From a virus (Duplodnaviria; Caudoviricetes), in IMG/VR virus record IMGVR_UViG_3300025678_000009, positions 1-64,000 of that record: DNA of 64,000 bases. The stretch is one strand, 5' to 3'. The position numbers and the translations under genes are program-made. Within the stretch, counting starts at the first letter, position 1. Every line of letters starts with the position of its first letter. The notes below the pieces were generated by a model. The model worked only from the letters and a program-made list of their open reading frames with translations. It did no database searches and was not told where the DNA came from. Shown in pieces: positions 46,043-57,024 of the stretch.

Positions 46043-48055
46043 ATGAATTATATAATAACAAAAACACCTGAATATTTTAAAAAAATAAGTGATTATAATT
46101 TTTGTCTTTTAGAAGATATGATATTACCTAATATTATAGCTATAGACACAGAAACTACTGATTTAAAACCTATATTAGGAGATATATTCGCAATTCAAAT
46201 AGGTACAGGTACTAATAATTATTTAATACATTGTTATAATGATAATTTTAAACCAGAAGAAATATTTCCTTTTATAAAAGATAAAATATTAATAGGTCAC
46301 AATATTACATTCGATTTAGGATTTTTTTATAAATATGGATTTTATCCTAATAAGGTAAAAGATACTTTCATAGCATCTAAAATTCTTTACAATGGATTAA
46401 AAGAATATAGACATGATTTTGGTTCAGTATTTGAGAGAGAATTAAATATAAATTATGATAAATCCGAACAAAAAAATATTAATAAAATTAAATTATCTAC
46501 TACTAAATCTATTCAATATTGTTTTAATGATGTAGATAAATTAATTGAATTACATAATTTTCTAGAAAAAAAGATAATTGATAAAGGTTATTTTGAAACT
46601 TATAATTTACATTGTGAATATATTAAAGCATTAGCTTATATGGAACAATGTGGAGTTCCTTTATCTAAAGATAAATGGCAACAAAAGATTAATTCAGATA
46701 AAATAATTTTAGAAGAAAAAGAAAAAATAGTAAGTAATTATATATTAAATAATCTTCCTCAATTTCAAGAAAAACAATTAAATTTATTTAATTCTGAACC
46801 TAAATTAAATATAGATTTATCTTCTCCTATACAAATGCTTTTTGTTTTCCAATCTCTTAAAATAAATTGTATAGATGATGAAAATAAAAATTCTATTTCA
46901 GAAAATGTAATAAGAAAAACTAAACATGAATTTGTAGATATTTGGTTAGAATATCAATCTGCTAAACATGATGTTACAACTTTTGGTGAAAATATTTTTG
47001 AAAAAGTGATTGATGAAAGAATTTATACAAGTTATAATCCTATATTAGATACTGCAAGAATTTCTTCAAGGAAAGGAGATGTAAATACACTTAATTTACC
47101 TGCAAATCAACGTACAAGAGAATGTATAGAAGCTAAACCTGGATTTAAAATGATTGTAGCTGATTATGAAGGACAGGAAACAAGAGTAGGAGCAGATATT
47201 ACAGGAGATGAAGCTATGATAGATAGTATTATTAATGGATCTGATTTACATTGTGCTTTTGCAAAAGTTTTGTTTCCTGAACTTCAATTTTTAAGTGATG
47301 AAGAAATTATTAAAAATCATAAAGAAAAAAGAACAGCAGCTAAAGCTCCCAGATTTGCTTTTGCCTATGGAGCAAATGCTTATACTATTCATGTAAATGA
47401 AGGGATTCCTCTTAAAGAAGCTCAAAAAATAGAAGATGCCTATAAACAATTACATTCTGGTATTTATAAATATGGAGATAAAAAATTAAAAGAAGCTATT
47501 GAATTAGGTTATATAGAATCTACAATGGGATTTAAATTACATCTTTTTGATTTTCAAAGATTTAAAAATCTTCAAAATAAAATAAGTCAATTTTCTAAAA
47601 AAGAATGGGAATCTTATAAAAAAGGTAAGGAAGAATATCAAAAATTAGAAAAAGCTAAAGAACAAAGAAAACTCTATAATATAAATGATGAAAATTCTTA
47701 TGATTTTTACTTAAAAAATAGAAGTTTAATTTCTAAATTTTTTAAATTAAAATCTCAATATTATAGACTTTGTTTAAATAATCCTACACAAACAACTGCT
47801 GCTCATCAAACTAAATTAGCAGCTTGTATGCTTTTTGATTTTATAAAAGAAAATAATCATTTAAATAAAGCAAAGATTTGTATAATACCTCATGATGAAT
47901 TTGTAATGGAAGTTCAAGAAGATTTATCAGAGTTATATAAAGAAAAATTAGGATATTTTATGAGAGAAGCAGGTAATAAATTAATTAAAAATCCATTAAT
48001 AAAAATGAGTGCAGAAGCTAATATAGGTAATAATTGGTATTCTGCAAAAGGATAA
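46043..48055 (+). CDS. polA: Family A DNA polymerase (3'-5' exonuclease plus polymerase)
   Basis: ExoI DTETT, ExoII GHNITFD, ExoIII YCFNDV; motif A DYEGQETR, motif B RTAAKAPRFAFAYG, motif C HDE; ATG at 46043. Confidence 0.95.
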   Translation: MNYIITKTPEYFKKISDYNFCLLEDMILPNIIAIDTETTDLKPILGDIFAIQIGTGTNNYLIHCYNDNFKPEEIFPFIKDKILIGHNITFDLGFFYKYGFYPNKVKDTFIASKILYNGLKEYRHDFGSVFERELNINYDKSEQKNINKIKLSTTKSIQYCFNDVDKLIELHNFLEKKIIDKGYFETYNLHCEYIKALAYMEQCGVPLSKDKWQQKINSDKIILEEKEKIVSNYILNNLPQFQEKQLNLFNSEPKLNIDLSSPIQMLFVFQSLKINCIDDENKNSISENVIRKTKHEFVDIWLEYQSAKHDVTTFGENIFEKVIDERIYTSYNPILDTARISSRKGDVNTLNLPANQRTRECIEAKPGFKMIVADYEGQETRVGADITGDEAMIDSIINGSDLHCAFAKVLFPELQFLSDEEIIKNHKEKRTAAKAPRFAFAYGANAYTIHVNEGIPLKEAQKIEDAYKQLHSGIYKYGDKKLKEAIELGYIESTMGFKLHLFDFQRFKNLQNKISQFSKKEWESYKKGKEEYQKLEKAKEQRKLYNINDENSYDFYLKNRSLISKFFKLKSQYYRLCLNNPTQTTAAHQTKLAACMLFDFIKENNHLNKAKICIIPHDEFVMEVQEDLSELYKEKLGYFMREAGNKLIKNPLIKMSAEANIGNNWYSAKG

Positions 48056-48106
48056 AATTTTAACTTATATCTTGGTTTTTTGTAAAATAATTTGTACCTT
48101 GTATTG

Positions 48107-49039
48107 ATGAAATATACTACTGAAACTTTTATAACTAAAATTACAGAATTAGATAAAAAATTTAATAAAAATTACGATTATAGTAAATTCCAATATTTAG
48201 GTACACATAAAAAATCTGTTATTATTTGTCCTATTCATGGAGAATTTTTAATGAATCCTAATAATAGATTAAATGGTCAAGATTGTTATCATTGTGGTAA
48301 AATAAAAAACATTAAACCATTAGAGACTAGATTTGCTAATTTTTTAAAAGTTGTTAAAGCCCAAGATCAAAAAAATAATTTAGTTTATGATTATAGCAAA
48401 TTTATCTATAAAAATTCTCATACTAAAGGCATTATAGTTTGTAATTTACATGGGGAGTTTAAAATGGCAGCTAAACATAGAATACAAGGACATAAATGTA
48501 AAAAATGTGCTTTAATTACTAAAAAATCAGTTGCTATATCTTCTGAAGAGTGGATTAAAAGATTTCAAAAAGTTCACAAACAAAAATATACATATCCTCA
48601 AATAATACATAATGGAAGAAAGAAAATTCCAATTTTTTGTAAACTACACGGAATTTTTAATCAATGTCCCGAATCTCATGCAAAAGGTAATGGATGTAAA
48701 AAATGCTCTCAACTTTTATGTACATTTCGGAAAAAAGATTGGATTAAAAAAGCTAATGGAAAACAAGGAACATTTTATATTTTAAAATGTTGGAATGAAA
48801 ATGAAGAATTTTATAAGGTAGGAATTACATTTAATGGAGTTAAAATTAGATATCATATGAAAAATTCTATTACTTATAAGTATAAAGTTATTAAAGAAGA
48901 AATATCTTCAGATCTTTCTTATATTTGGGATAAAGAAAAACAAACAATAAAAAAATTACAAAAATTTCATTACACACCTTTGCTTCCTTTTCAAGGTAGT
49001 TATTCAGAATGTTTTTCTGAAATAAAGCAATTGGTATGA
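48107..49039 (+). CDS. Free-standing endonuclease (DUF723-like Zn-ribbon repeats plus GIY-YIG-like domain)
   Basis: Three YDYSK...IICxxHGEF...H..G..C..C repeats; FYILKC...FYKVGIT...E; ATG at 48107. Confidence 0.8.
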   Translation: MKYTTETFITKITELDKKFNKNYDYSKFQYLGTHKKSVIICPIHGEFLMNPNNRLNGQDCYHCGKIKNIKPLETRFANFLKVVKAQDQKNNLVYDYSKFIYKNSHTKGIIVCNLHGEFKMAAKHRIQGHKCKKCALITKKSVAISSEEWIKRFQKVHKQKYTYPQIIHNGRKKIPIFCKLHGIFNQCPESHAKGNGCKKCSQLLCTFRKKDWIKKANGKQGTFYILKCWNENEEFYKVGITFNGVKIRYHMKNSITYKYKVIKEEISSDLSYIWDKEKQTIKKLQKFHYTPLLPFQGSYSECFSEIKQLV

Positions 49040-49060
49040 AGCTAAATAAAATAATTATAT

Positions 49061-49528
49061 ATGAATAAATTTAAATTTTTAAAAACTTATTTTTCGCCAT
49101 TCAAAAGAATAAGACCTATATTTTATATAGGAAAAATTAGATATGGCACTCCTTATTTTTTCCCTCGCAGATGGGTAAAAAATAAAGAAAAGCCTGGATA
49201 TTTAAAGGCTATCCCTAAAAAAATAGGATTTGATTTTGTGGGATTAGGTTGGAAAACTAAATGGGAATATAATGATTACAGATTTGAATGGAATCCTGTT
49301 TGGTCTTTTGTATTTTTTAAGTGGCAAATAGCTTTAATATTTGCTCCAAAAGAAGATAAAAATCATTATTGGGAATGTTGGTTAGCTTATGAATTATCTA
49401 CAGATAAAACCAAATCTGTACAAGAAAGACTGGAAGAGGCTAAAAAAATATTTCCTTGTGTTTGGACTTCATACTATAAAGATAATTATAAAGAAACAAT
49501 ATGTTATTGGGATAAAATTTTAAAATAA
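49061..49528 (+). CDS. Hypothetical Trp-rich protein
   Basis: ORF track. Confidence 0.55.
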   Translation: MNKFKFLKTYFSPFKRIRPIFYIGKIRYGTPYFFPRRWVKNKEKPGYLKAIPKKIGFDFVGLGWKTKWEYNDYRFEWNPVWSFVFFKWQIALIFAPKEDKNHYWECWLAYELSTDKTKSVQERLEEAKKIFPCVWTSYYKDNYKETICYWDKILK

Positions 49529-50100
49529 TGAAATACGAATTAATAAACAATATTTTAAATAGTCCAATTACTTTATTGGACTATTTAATTTTAGAATGTA
49601 TAAAAGAAGATAATGCTGAAAAATTTTTAAAAAACAAAAAATATGATGAACATTTTAACTTTCTAAGAAAATTAGAATTAATTTCTAATAACAATAAATT
49701 AACTTTAAAAGGTAAACAATTATATAATGATTTAAACATATTTAATGAATCTTCTGATTTTTATTTCAAAATACATAAATCTTTACAGGATGAATTATTA
49801 AATCTAACAGGAAAGAAACAAAAAATGCTCCAAGGGAAATATGGATTTTTACCTACCGAAAATGATTTAAAGTTACGTTTACAGAAAGTTATTAAAAAAT
49901 ATAACTTAACAGATGAAAAAAAGATAAAAGAAGTTTTAATTTCATATGTTAGAAGATGCGTAAAAGAAAAATTTGGATATGTACAGACTATAGGGTATTA
50001 TATTTTAAAAGACGATATGTCTAATTTTGTAACAGATTATGAAAATTATATAGAAATAAAACAAGAAGAACAAGATGAATTTACAGGAATCAACGTTTGA
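49528..50100 (+). CDS. Hypothetical replication-associated protein
   Basis: Winged-helix-like N-terminus; overlaps the helicase gene. Confidence 0.45.
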   Translation: MKYELINNILNSPITLLDYLILECIKEDNAEKFLKNKKYDEHFNFLRKLELISNNNKLTLKGKQLYNDLNIFNESSDFYFKIHKSLQDELLNLTGKKQKMLQGKYGFLPTENDLKLRLQKVIKKYNLTDEKKIKEVLISYVRRCVKEKFGYVQTIGYYILKDDMSNFVTDYENYIEIKQEEQDEFTGINV

Positions 50101-51178
50101 TTTATTACAAAAAGAGATAGATTTAGGTATAAATGGAAAAAATCAAGCCATATCTATAGGATTAAAAAGATTAGGAAAATATGCTAATATAAGACCAAGA
50201 ATTTTAACACTATTATTTTCTACAACAGGTGCAGGAAAATCAAGTCTAATGGATACTATTATACTAAATGCTTGTGATTCTCATATGACTTCCCCTAATT
50301 CTTATAATTTAAAACCTGATTTTCAATTATTTAGTATGGAAAGGTCTAAAATATTACGTATTGCTAAATGGACTTCATATATCATATTCAAAAATGAAGG
50401 TATAGAAATTCCAGTACCTAAATTATTAGGATGGTGGGATGAAAAACTTTCTAAAGCAGAATATTCTCTTGTTTTAAGTCAAAAAGAATATATGGATCAA
50501 ATGTTAAATGATTATATAGATATTTATGAAGGAGCAAAATCCCCCAATGAATTTTATTCTATTATGAAAACTCATCTTGAATCAAAAGGAAAGTATGATA
50601 AAGTTATTAAAAATAAAAAAGAAATTAAAATTTATGAAAAAAATAATCCTAATGAAATAGTAATTCCTGTAATAGATCATGGTAATTTAATTAAAACTAC
50701 TCAAGTATTACCCTCTAAGAAACAAGCAATTGATAAAACAGTAGAAATGGTACAAGGATTTAGAGACCTTGAGGAATGTTCTCCTTTTTGGGTAGCACAA
50801 GTAAATAGAAGTATTTCTTCTGTAAGTAGAACAAAAGATAATGAACATGAATTAATGTTAGAGGATGTGAAAGAATCTGGAGATGTAGGGGATGCATGTG
50901 ATTTAGCTATGAGTTTATTTGACCCTATTAAATATGGACAATCCTCTAAAACAGGTTACAAGCCAATAGATTTTATAGATAAAACAGATGGTTCTAACTA
51001 TTTCAGGTCAATACAAATTTTAAAATCTACTTATGGACAGGATTCTCTTAGAATACCTTTAGCATTTAATGGCTTTTGTGGACAATTCAAAGAATTACCT
51101 AAAAGAAACTCTATTTCCGAAACAGAATATCCCCAATTTATAGAAAACATTTTAAATAAATCATATTTTTTAACATGA
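50075..51178 (+). CDS. DnaB-like (SF4) replicative helicase
   Basis: STTGAGKSS, FSMER, VIDH, WVAQVNRS, ESGDV, ILKS. Confidence 0.85.
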   Translation: MNLQESTFDLLQKEIDLGINGKNQAISIGLKRLGKYANIRPRILTLLFSTTGAGKSSLMDTIILNACDSHMTSPNSYNLKPDFQLFSMERSKILRIAKWTSYIIFKNEGIEIPVPKLLGWWDEKLSKAEYSLVLSQKEYMDQMLNDYIDIYEGAKSPNEFYSIMKTHLESKGKYDKVIKNKKEIKIYEKNNPNEIVIPVIDHGNLIKTTQVLPSKKQAIDKTVEMVQGFRDLEECSPFWVAQVNRSISSVSRTKDNEHELMLEDVKESGDVGDACDLAMSLFDPIKYGQSSKTGYKPIDFIDKTDGSNYFRSIQILKSTYGQDSLRIPLAFNGFCGQFKELPKRNSISETEYPQFIENILNKSYFLT

Positions 51179-51348
51179 TAGAGATAATATTAATACTGAT
51201 ATTTATAGAACTAATTTTTTCACCAAGGGTAGATATAACAAAGAATAAAGATGTTCTATTATGGTACGGAAAAACGAAAAGAAAATACATAAAGTTATTT
51301 TAACACACAAAACAAAAATATTTTGTATTTTTACAAAAAAATTAAATT

Positions 51349-52290
51349 ATGTCAGAAACAAAAAAGTTTAGTAGATTACCACTCAATGAAAAAGGTGAAT
51401 TAATTAAAGGGGAATGTTCTTTAAAATCACCTACAAATCTTGTCTTTATTTCTCAAAAAAAGACAGGAAAGACATTAACTGCTGTAAATCAACCCAAGAT
51501 TTTAATTGCTGATTGCGAAGGAGGAACAAAAGATTTTGGTTTTCCTGTAAACAATCAAGTAAACGTATTAAAATATGAAGGGGAAGAAGCATTTAAAAAA
51601 ACAAATAAATATGGATGGCTTCCAATGGGATTATTTCAACTTGTAGATGAATTGAAACAAGCTAATGACATGACTACTTATTGGATATTATTTAATGAAT
51701 TTGATGACAAAAAAGACAAAGTTACTTATGAAGCTCTTGTTAAACACATTAATAAAATGCCGTTCCCAATACTTATGTTAGATACAATTACTTCTTTTAT
51801 TGAAGTATCTAATTCAGCAGCTTTACATGAATACAATCAAAATGTAAAGCCTGAAAGTAAAAAAACTGATATTAAAAGGGTCGATGAATACGGGGGGGTA
51901 CGCCTCATAAGACGTAAGTTTGAAGAAGTTAAGTTATTTGTAGAACAAAATGCAGCACCTTTTATTATTTTTGCAGGGCATATTGCAGAAAAAAAGAAAG
52001 TATTTAAAAAATCGGAAGAAGATATATCTACAGTGGATATTGATTTGGAAGGAGTTTTAAGTAAAATATTTACGGTGAAAGCATCAGCAATTGGGATATT
52101 CCAAAGAACTAACGAAGGTTGTTTTTTAGACTTTACTAAAAGAGATGAGTCAGATTTAGGGGTACGAAACGCTCACCTATCTAATAAAACAATTAAGATA
52201 GCAGATTTTATTACTTCAGAAGAATTGGTTCAAGGTAAAACCCCCAAAACTTATTGGGGTACAATTTATCCAGAAATAGAATTTAAATAA
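51349..52290 (+). CDS. AAA ATPase (Sak4-like recombination protein)
   Basis: SQKKTGKT, ILIADCEGG, LMLDTIT, IFAGH. Confidence 0.8.
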   Translation: MSETKKFSRLPLNEKGELIKGECSLKSPTNLVFISQKKTGKTLTAVNQPKILIADCEGGTKDFGFPVNNQVNVLKYEGEEAFKKTNKYGWLPMGLFQLVDELKQANDMTTYWILFNEFDDKKDKVTYEALVKHINKMPFPILMLDTITSFIEVSNSAALHEYNQNVKPESKKTDIKRVDEYGGVRLIRRKFEEVKLFVEQNAAPFIIFAGHIAEKKKVFKKSEEDISTVDIDLEGVLSKIFTVKASAIGIFQRTNEGCFLDFTKRDESDLGVRNAHLSNKTIKIADFITSEELVQGKTPKTYWGTIYPEIEFK

Positions 52291-52296
52291 ATAAAA

Positions 52297-53289
52297 ATGA
52301 AAGTTAACAAAGGAAACGACAGCAAAGAAAAAACACTCTACACAGGCGTAGGTTTAGTAACACCTCTGATTTTTAACCCAGATCGCCAGACTTTAGATAA
52401 AATTTTAGGCATAGAAAGAGATGAAGATTATGAACAAAAGCCTGAATTTGAATATGTGAAAGATGATGCAGTAGTAAAAGTTAAGAGAAAGAATGAAGAA
52501 GGGGAGGAATTTGATGAAGAAGTTGAAACTAAGAGATTAAATGTAACAGTTTGGGTTAGAGAAACTAAAACAGATGAGGTATTTCCAATTAATTTTACTT
52601 TGTATGATATTGACGATGTGTCTTCTACAGGAAAAACTAAATATATTACTCAACATGGTAAATCTACTTACATTGATAGTGAATCTAATTTGCCTGATTG
52701 GTTTAAATTTACTCCAGGTAAGAAGAAAATGGCTCTTAATTATAGAATAGCAAAAAGAGGAGAAACAGCATTGTTAGAATTTTTAGCTAAATGGACTAAT
52801 ATTTCTCCATTTGATATTGAGAGTTCATTATTTCCTGAAAATTCTAAAAAGTTTTGGAATGGTGACATGAAAGAATTGAATAGCCTTCTTTTAGATTTTG
52901 GTGATTCTTCTGTAATGGCTCAATTCGGAGTTAGAAGCAAGGAAGTAGAACAAGAGGATGGTTCTACAGAAACTAAAGAATACCAAACAATTAGTACTAA
53001 AGCATTTGCAAGTTCTAAATACATGAAATTCTTTAGAAATTATGCATCTAAAAATTTTGATGGATTATTGAAAGATGGAGATAATAAAAACTTTTTATCT
53101 TTTGATACTAAAGCAAAAATTGGGGATGATTCTATGTATGAATTAGCTAATTTCTTAAATAATATTCACGGAGAATATGGAGATAACAGCTACACAGTTA
53201 ATGAAGAAATTAGAGAATATCAATCAGAAGAAAATCCACTGAATCAAGAGAAATCTATTGTTAGTTCAGAAACAGATGCAGATTATTAA
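52297..53289 (+). CDS. Putative ssDNA-binding/annealing protein
   Basis: Follows the Sak4-like gene; acidic C-terminal tail; terminator at about 53313-53346. Confidence 0.5.
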   Translation: MKVNKGNDSKEKTLYTGVGLVTPLIFNPDRQTLDKILGIERDEDYEQKPEFEYVKDDAVVKVKRKNEEGEEFDEEVETKRLNVTVWVRETKTDEVFPINFTLYDIDDVSSTGKTKYITQHGKSTYIDSESNLPDWFKFTPGKKKMALNYRIAKRGETALLEFLAKWTNISPFDIESSLFPENSKKFWNGDMKELNSLLLDFGDSSVMAQFGVRSKEVEQEDGSTETKEYQTISTKAFASSKYMKFFRNYASKNFDGLLKDGDNKNFLSFDTKAKIGDDSMYELANFLNNIHGEYGDNSYTVNEEIREYQSEENPLNQEKSIVSSETDADY

Positions 53290-53357
53290 CAAGTTGACAT
53301 AATTTAATAATGAAGTCCTAACATTGATTTGTTAGGACTTTTTTTAATTTTGTAAAT

Positions 53358-53564
53358 ATGGAAAAAGAAGAAATTTTAAACGATATTTCAGTAAGTAGCA
53401 GAATGAAAAATATTACTGAAGAAGAAAGAAAAATTATAGAATTTATTATAGATTATGCTTTTAAAGACTCTGAAAAAGTTTATACTAGTGGAACAATATT
53501 AGTTCCTTTATTTAGAGTATTAGATGGAATAACCCAAAAAGGAAAACCTTATTATGAAGGATAA
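53358..53564 (+). CDS. Hypothetical protein
   Basis: ORF track. Confidence 0.5.
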   Translation: MEKEEILNDISVSSRMKNITEEERKIIEFIIDYAFKDSEKVYTSGTILVPLFRVLDGITQKGKPYYEG

Positions 53565-54553
53565 TGAAAGTAAAAAAACAAGTTGATTTAAAGGATTTAA
53601 TATTTGAAAAAGTATCTCAAGAACAAATATTTAGATTTTATTATCCTTATGATTTTAAACTAAATCATTTATGTTTGAGTGCTTTTGTCAAAGAGAGAAA
53701 CCCTTCTATGATTATAGGTACTAAATCACAAGATGGAGATATTATTTTTAAGTGTTTCAATAGTCATCATAAAGGAGATTGTATAGTTTTTGTTAAGGAA
53801 TTGTTTAGTTTAGATTATCGAGAAGCACTTGAAAAGATTGCTAAAGATTTTGGGATTTTGGAAATAGACAATACTAGATATGAATCTATAATTAAACAAT
53901 TACCTATTTCTAAAATCACTAAAAAGAAAACTGCTCCAGATATTGTTGTTGCTACAAGAAGTTTCAATAATGAAGAACTGTCGTATTGGAATGATTATTA
54001 TCAAGATATAGAAGACTTAAAGAGAGAGCATATTTTTGTTCCTAAAAAAATTTGGGTCAATAAAGTACCTCTTATTTTAAAATCTACAGAATTGACATTT
54101 TGTTATTATTACCCAGAAATAGACAAGTGGAAATTATACAAGCCATTTGCTCCAAAAGATAGAAAATGGATGGGTAATGTTCCACTACAAACTTCTTGGG
54201 GATTAGAAAATATAGATAAAGAACAAAATACTATAGTAACAAAAAGTCTAAAAGATTATATGATTGTCAGAAAGATTTATAATTATGTTGTAGGTGTTCA
54301 AAATGAATCCCTAGCTGCATTCTCAGAAGAATTTTCTAAAAATATAACTATAGGTAGTAAAAAAGTATATTATGCTGGAGATAGCGATATTCCTGGAAAA
54401 GCAGCAAGTTATTTAATTACAGAAAATTTTAAATGGAAACATCTTAATCCTCCAGATAAGTATTTGCCTGAAATAAAAGATTGGGCAGATTTAGCTAAAA
54501 ACCAAGGGATAGAATATGTTTATAATCATTTTAAAAATAAAAATATCTTATGA
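53564..54553 (+). CDS. DNA primase (DnaG-like, crAss type)
   Basis: Degenerate CHC2 finger (LCLSAF...ERNPS...FKCF...GDCI); TOPRIM TKSLKD...QNE...AGDSDIPG...KDWAD. Confidence 0.85.
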   Translation: MKVKKQVDLKDLIFEKVSQEQIFRFYYPYDFKLNHLCLSAFVKERNPSMIIGTKSQDGDIIFKCFNSHHKGDCIVFVKELFSLDYREALEKIAKDFGILEIDNTRYESIIKQLPISKITKKKTAPDIVVATRSFNNEELSYWNDYYQDIEDLKREHIFVPKKIWVNKVPLILKSTELTFCYYYPEIDKWKLYKPFAPKDRKWMGNVPLQTSWGLENIDKEQNTIVTKSLKDYMIVRKIYNYVVGVQNESLAAFSEEFSKNITIGSKKVYYAGDSDIPGKAASYLITENFKWKHLNPPDKYLPEIKDWADLAKNQGIEYVYNHFKNKNIL

Positions 54554-54685
54554 CAGAAGAACAATTTATAAAATTTTTAAAAACTTATCCTTATGTATTT
54601 GAAATTTTAAGCGAGAAACATAATGGAGATTTACCTCATTGGTTATTTAGATAATTAAAAGATAAATTAAAATAATGTTTTAAGT

Positions 54686-55102
54686 ATGAAAATAAATTAT
54701 ATAGAATGTAAGGAATGCAGTGATGTATTATTTTCTTTCAATAGGCATGATTATAAACAATGTACTTGTGGAAAATCTTTTATAGATGGTGGTTGGGATT
54801 ATACTAGGTATTCAGGAGAATTAAAATCAGGAGAAATTAAAGATTTGATGCCTGAAATTAGAGAGCAGTTTAAATGGGGGCAAAATTATGATGAAAATAA
54901 TAATAGATTATATAAAACTATTTTCAAAAAACTAGAAGAATTAGATATACGTCACATCAACAACATTATAGAATATCTTTTAGAAAAAGGTAGTTCTAAA
55001 GATGAAGAAAATAATTTTGTTTATCGTAAGCAAATAATGGCATATATATTAATATTTATTTATGAATTGCAAAATAGATTAAAAAATGGAAAAGAAATTT
55101 AA
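54686..55102 (+). CDS. Zn-finger hypothetical protein
   Basis: CKECSDVLFS...HDYKQCTCG...IDGG. Confidence 0.65.
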   Translation: MKINYIECKECSDVLFSFNRHDYKQCTCGKSFIDGGWDYTRYSGELKSGEIKDLMPEIREQFKWGQNYDENNNRLYKTIFKKLEELDIRHINNIIEYLLEKGSSKDEENNFVYRKQIMAYILIFIYELQNRLKNGKEI

Positions 55103-56024
55103 GCACAAAAAAACAGGTGAAATAATAACTTATAAAGATGGAGTTATTAAATCAGGAACATTTGTTTTAGATATGGGGTGTGAACCAAGTAGCGAATATT
55201 GGGAGGAAGTGAAAGAAACTTATCCTATTGGGACTAAAGCTAAAGATGAAGAAGATTCTGTTTGGGAACATTTAGGTAACAATAATTATAAATTATTTAT
55301 TTCTCAAAGAATTATAATGCCTTTTGAAATAGGCGAAGGTAAAAGATTTCAAGTGATTGAAGAACCTAAAAAAGATTATGAAATATTGAGTTTAAGATAT
55401 AATAATCATGATATTAGACCTTTTCAAGATGTAATTGTTGATTATAAAAATGATAAACCTGTTCGTAGAAGTGACAATAAATCTGTACATAATACTGTAG
55501 AAATATCAGAATTTACAAAAACAGATTGGGAAAAATACATTACTATTTTATCTGTAAGTAGATTAAGTGATGATTTTGTAATAACATTAGGGGATTATTG
55601 TAAAACTAAAAAGGGTTCAAGTGGTAAAGTCACAACTATTGAATTTTGTGGTAATGGTGAATTAAGAATAGGTTCTGATAAAAGATATTATGTAGGAATA
55701 AATGATGTTGTAAAGAGTGAAGTTTTATTTAGAACAGAAGACAATGTTGAAATTAGAGAAGGTGATAAATATTGCTGCATTTATAAAAACAATTTTGAAC
55801 CATTTGAAGATTTAAAAATGTTTACTGCTAATAATGGAGTAGTTTTGAAAGATCAGTTTTTATTTTTTTCAACAAAAGAAGCTGCTGAAAATTTTATAAT
55901 TTGTAACAAACCTTGCTTATCCTTTAATGATATTTGGAACATAAGCGACAATAAATCATCAGATAATAATTATGTTGTAGTGTCTAAAAAAGAACTAAAG
56001 CAACTTGTAAAATCTAAATTATGA
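55086..56024 (+). CDS. Mosaic hypothetical protein
   Basis: ORF track; YEILS and F.TEDNV.I.EGD modules. Confidence 0.55.
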   Translation: MEKKFKHKKTGEIITYKDGVIKSGTFVLDMGCEPSSEYWEEVKETYPIGTKAKDEEDSVWEHLGNNNYKLFISQRIIMPFEIGEGKRFQVIEEPKKDYEILSLRYNNHDIRPFQDVIVDYKNDKPVRRSDNKSVHNTVEISEFTKTDWEKYITILSVSRLSDDFVITLGDYCKTKKGSSGKVTTIEFCGNGELRIGSDKRYYVGINDVVKSEVLFRTEDNVEIREGDKYCCIYKNNFEPFEDLKMFTANNGVVLKDQFLFFSTKEAAENFIICNKPCLSFNDIWNISDNKSSDNNYVVVSKKELKQLVKSKL

Positions 56025-56266
56025 AATGGAAAGATAAAATACTTAAACAAAAAGAACAAGGAAGAATCCCTAAACAATATTTTGGACTAGTTGTTGCTAA
56101 TGTTGAACAAGCAATTAATGAATATAAATTGGAATTACTAGATAACATAGAGATATTATACCAAAATAGTAATAAAAATAAAGATTCTATAGAAGAAAGG
56201 AATAAATCCGCTTATTACACAAGATTAGAAACAATTCAAGAAATAATTAAAATAATCAACAAATGA
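56021..56266 (+). CDS. Hypothetical protein
   Basis: ATGA overlaps at both ends. Confidence 0.5.
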   Translation: MKWKDKILKQKEQGRIPKQYFGLVVANVEQAINEYKLELLDNIEILYQNSNKNKDSIEERNKSAYYTRLETIQEIIKIINK

Positions 56267-57024
56267 AAAATTGGAAAAACACAACAGACTTTTTAAGAGA
56301 AATCCCTCTTCCAGAACAAACACGTACATATAAACCTGTCTCTCATGCAATTTTTATTGATGAAATAAAAGAAGAGCTTTACAAAAGAGGACATAGCGTT
56401 AAAACAGAAAGATATCTTACGGCTAACAATGGATTGATAATGACAGGTAATTTTACAGTAGATAATCCAGATAGTCATATAAACCCTGCTATTTTCTTTA
56501 CTAATTCTTATAATAAAATGAGAAAAGCAGAATTGATGACGGGTGCTATTGTATTGGTTTGTAGCAACGGTCTAATCAGACAAGAAGTTGCTCACAGATT
56601 CTCTAAAAAACATAGTGGTACAGTATTAGAAGATTTGAGGAACAATATTGTTTTAGCAGTAGAATCTGTAGAAAAAGAATTTGAAAAATTGAAAAAGAAT
56701 GCGGAAGAAATGAAACAAATTCAACTAACAGATAATCAAATTGCATCCATTATTGGAGATATGTATATTAATGAATCTATGATTAGTGAAACTCAATTAT
56801 CTATCTTAAAAAAAGAAGTAAAAACTTCTGTAAATTTTGCAGATAAAACTGTATGGGATTTATATAATAATACTACTGAAGCTTTTAAGGATTCTCACCC
56901 TATGCATTTTGACAAGCAGCATTTAAAATTGCATGCGTACATGTCAGACTTATTTTCTTTAACTGGTTCAAGAGGACTTTATAAAAATAAAGAGTCTGTA
57001 ATTCAAGAAGCTATCTTAGTTTAG
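56263..57024 (+). CDS. DUF932/DUF945-like protein
   Basis: YKPVSH...FFTNSYNK...GAIVLVCSNGLI...WDLYNNTTE; terminator at about 57041-57077. Confidence 0.8.
   Translation: MKNWKNTTDFLREIPLPEQTRTYKPVSHAIFIDEIKEELYKRGHSVKTERYLTANNGLIMTGNFTVDNPDSHINPAIFFTNSYNKMRKAELMTGAIVLVCSNGLIRQEVAHRFSKKHSGTVLEDLRNNIVLAVESVEKEFEKLKKNAEEMKQIQLTDNQIASIIGDMYINESMISETQLSILKKEVKTSVNFADKTVWDLYNNTTEAFKDSHPMHFDKQHLKLHAYMSDLFSLTGSRGLYKNKESVIQEAILV

Noticed and set aside
46043-49039. Group I intron or intein splitting polA or terL
   Set aside because: polA has motifs A, B and C and a normal GNNWYSAK end before the endonuclease; terL is of normal length with no intein motifs seen.
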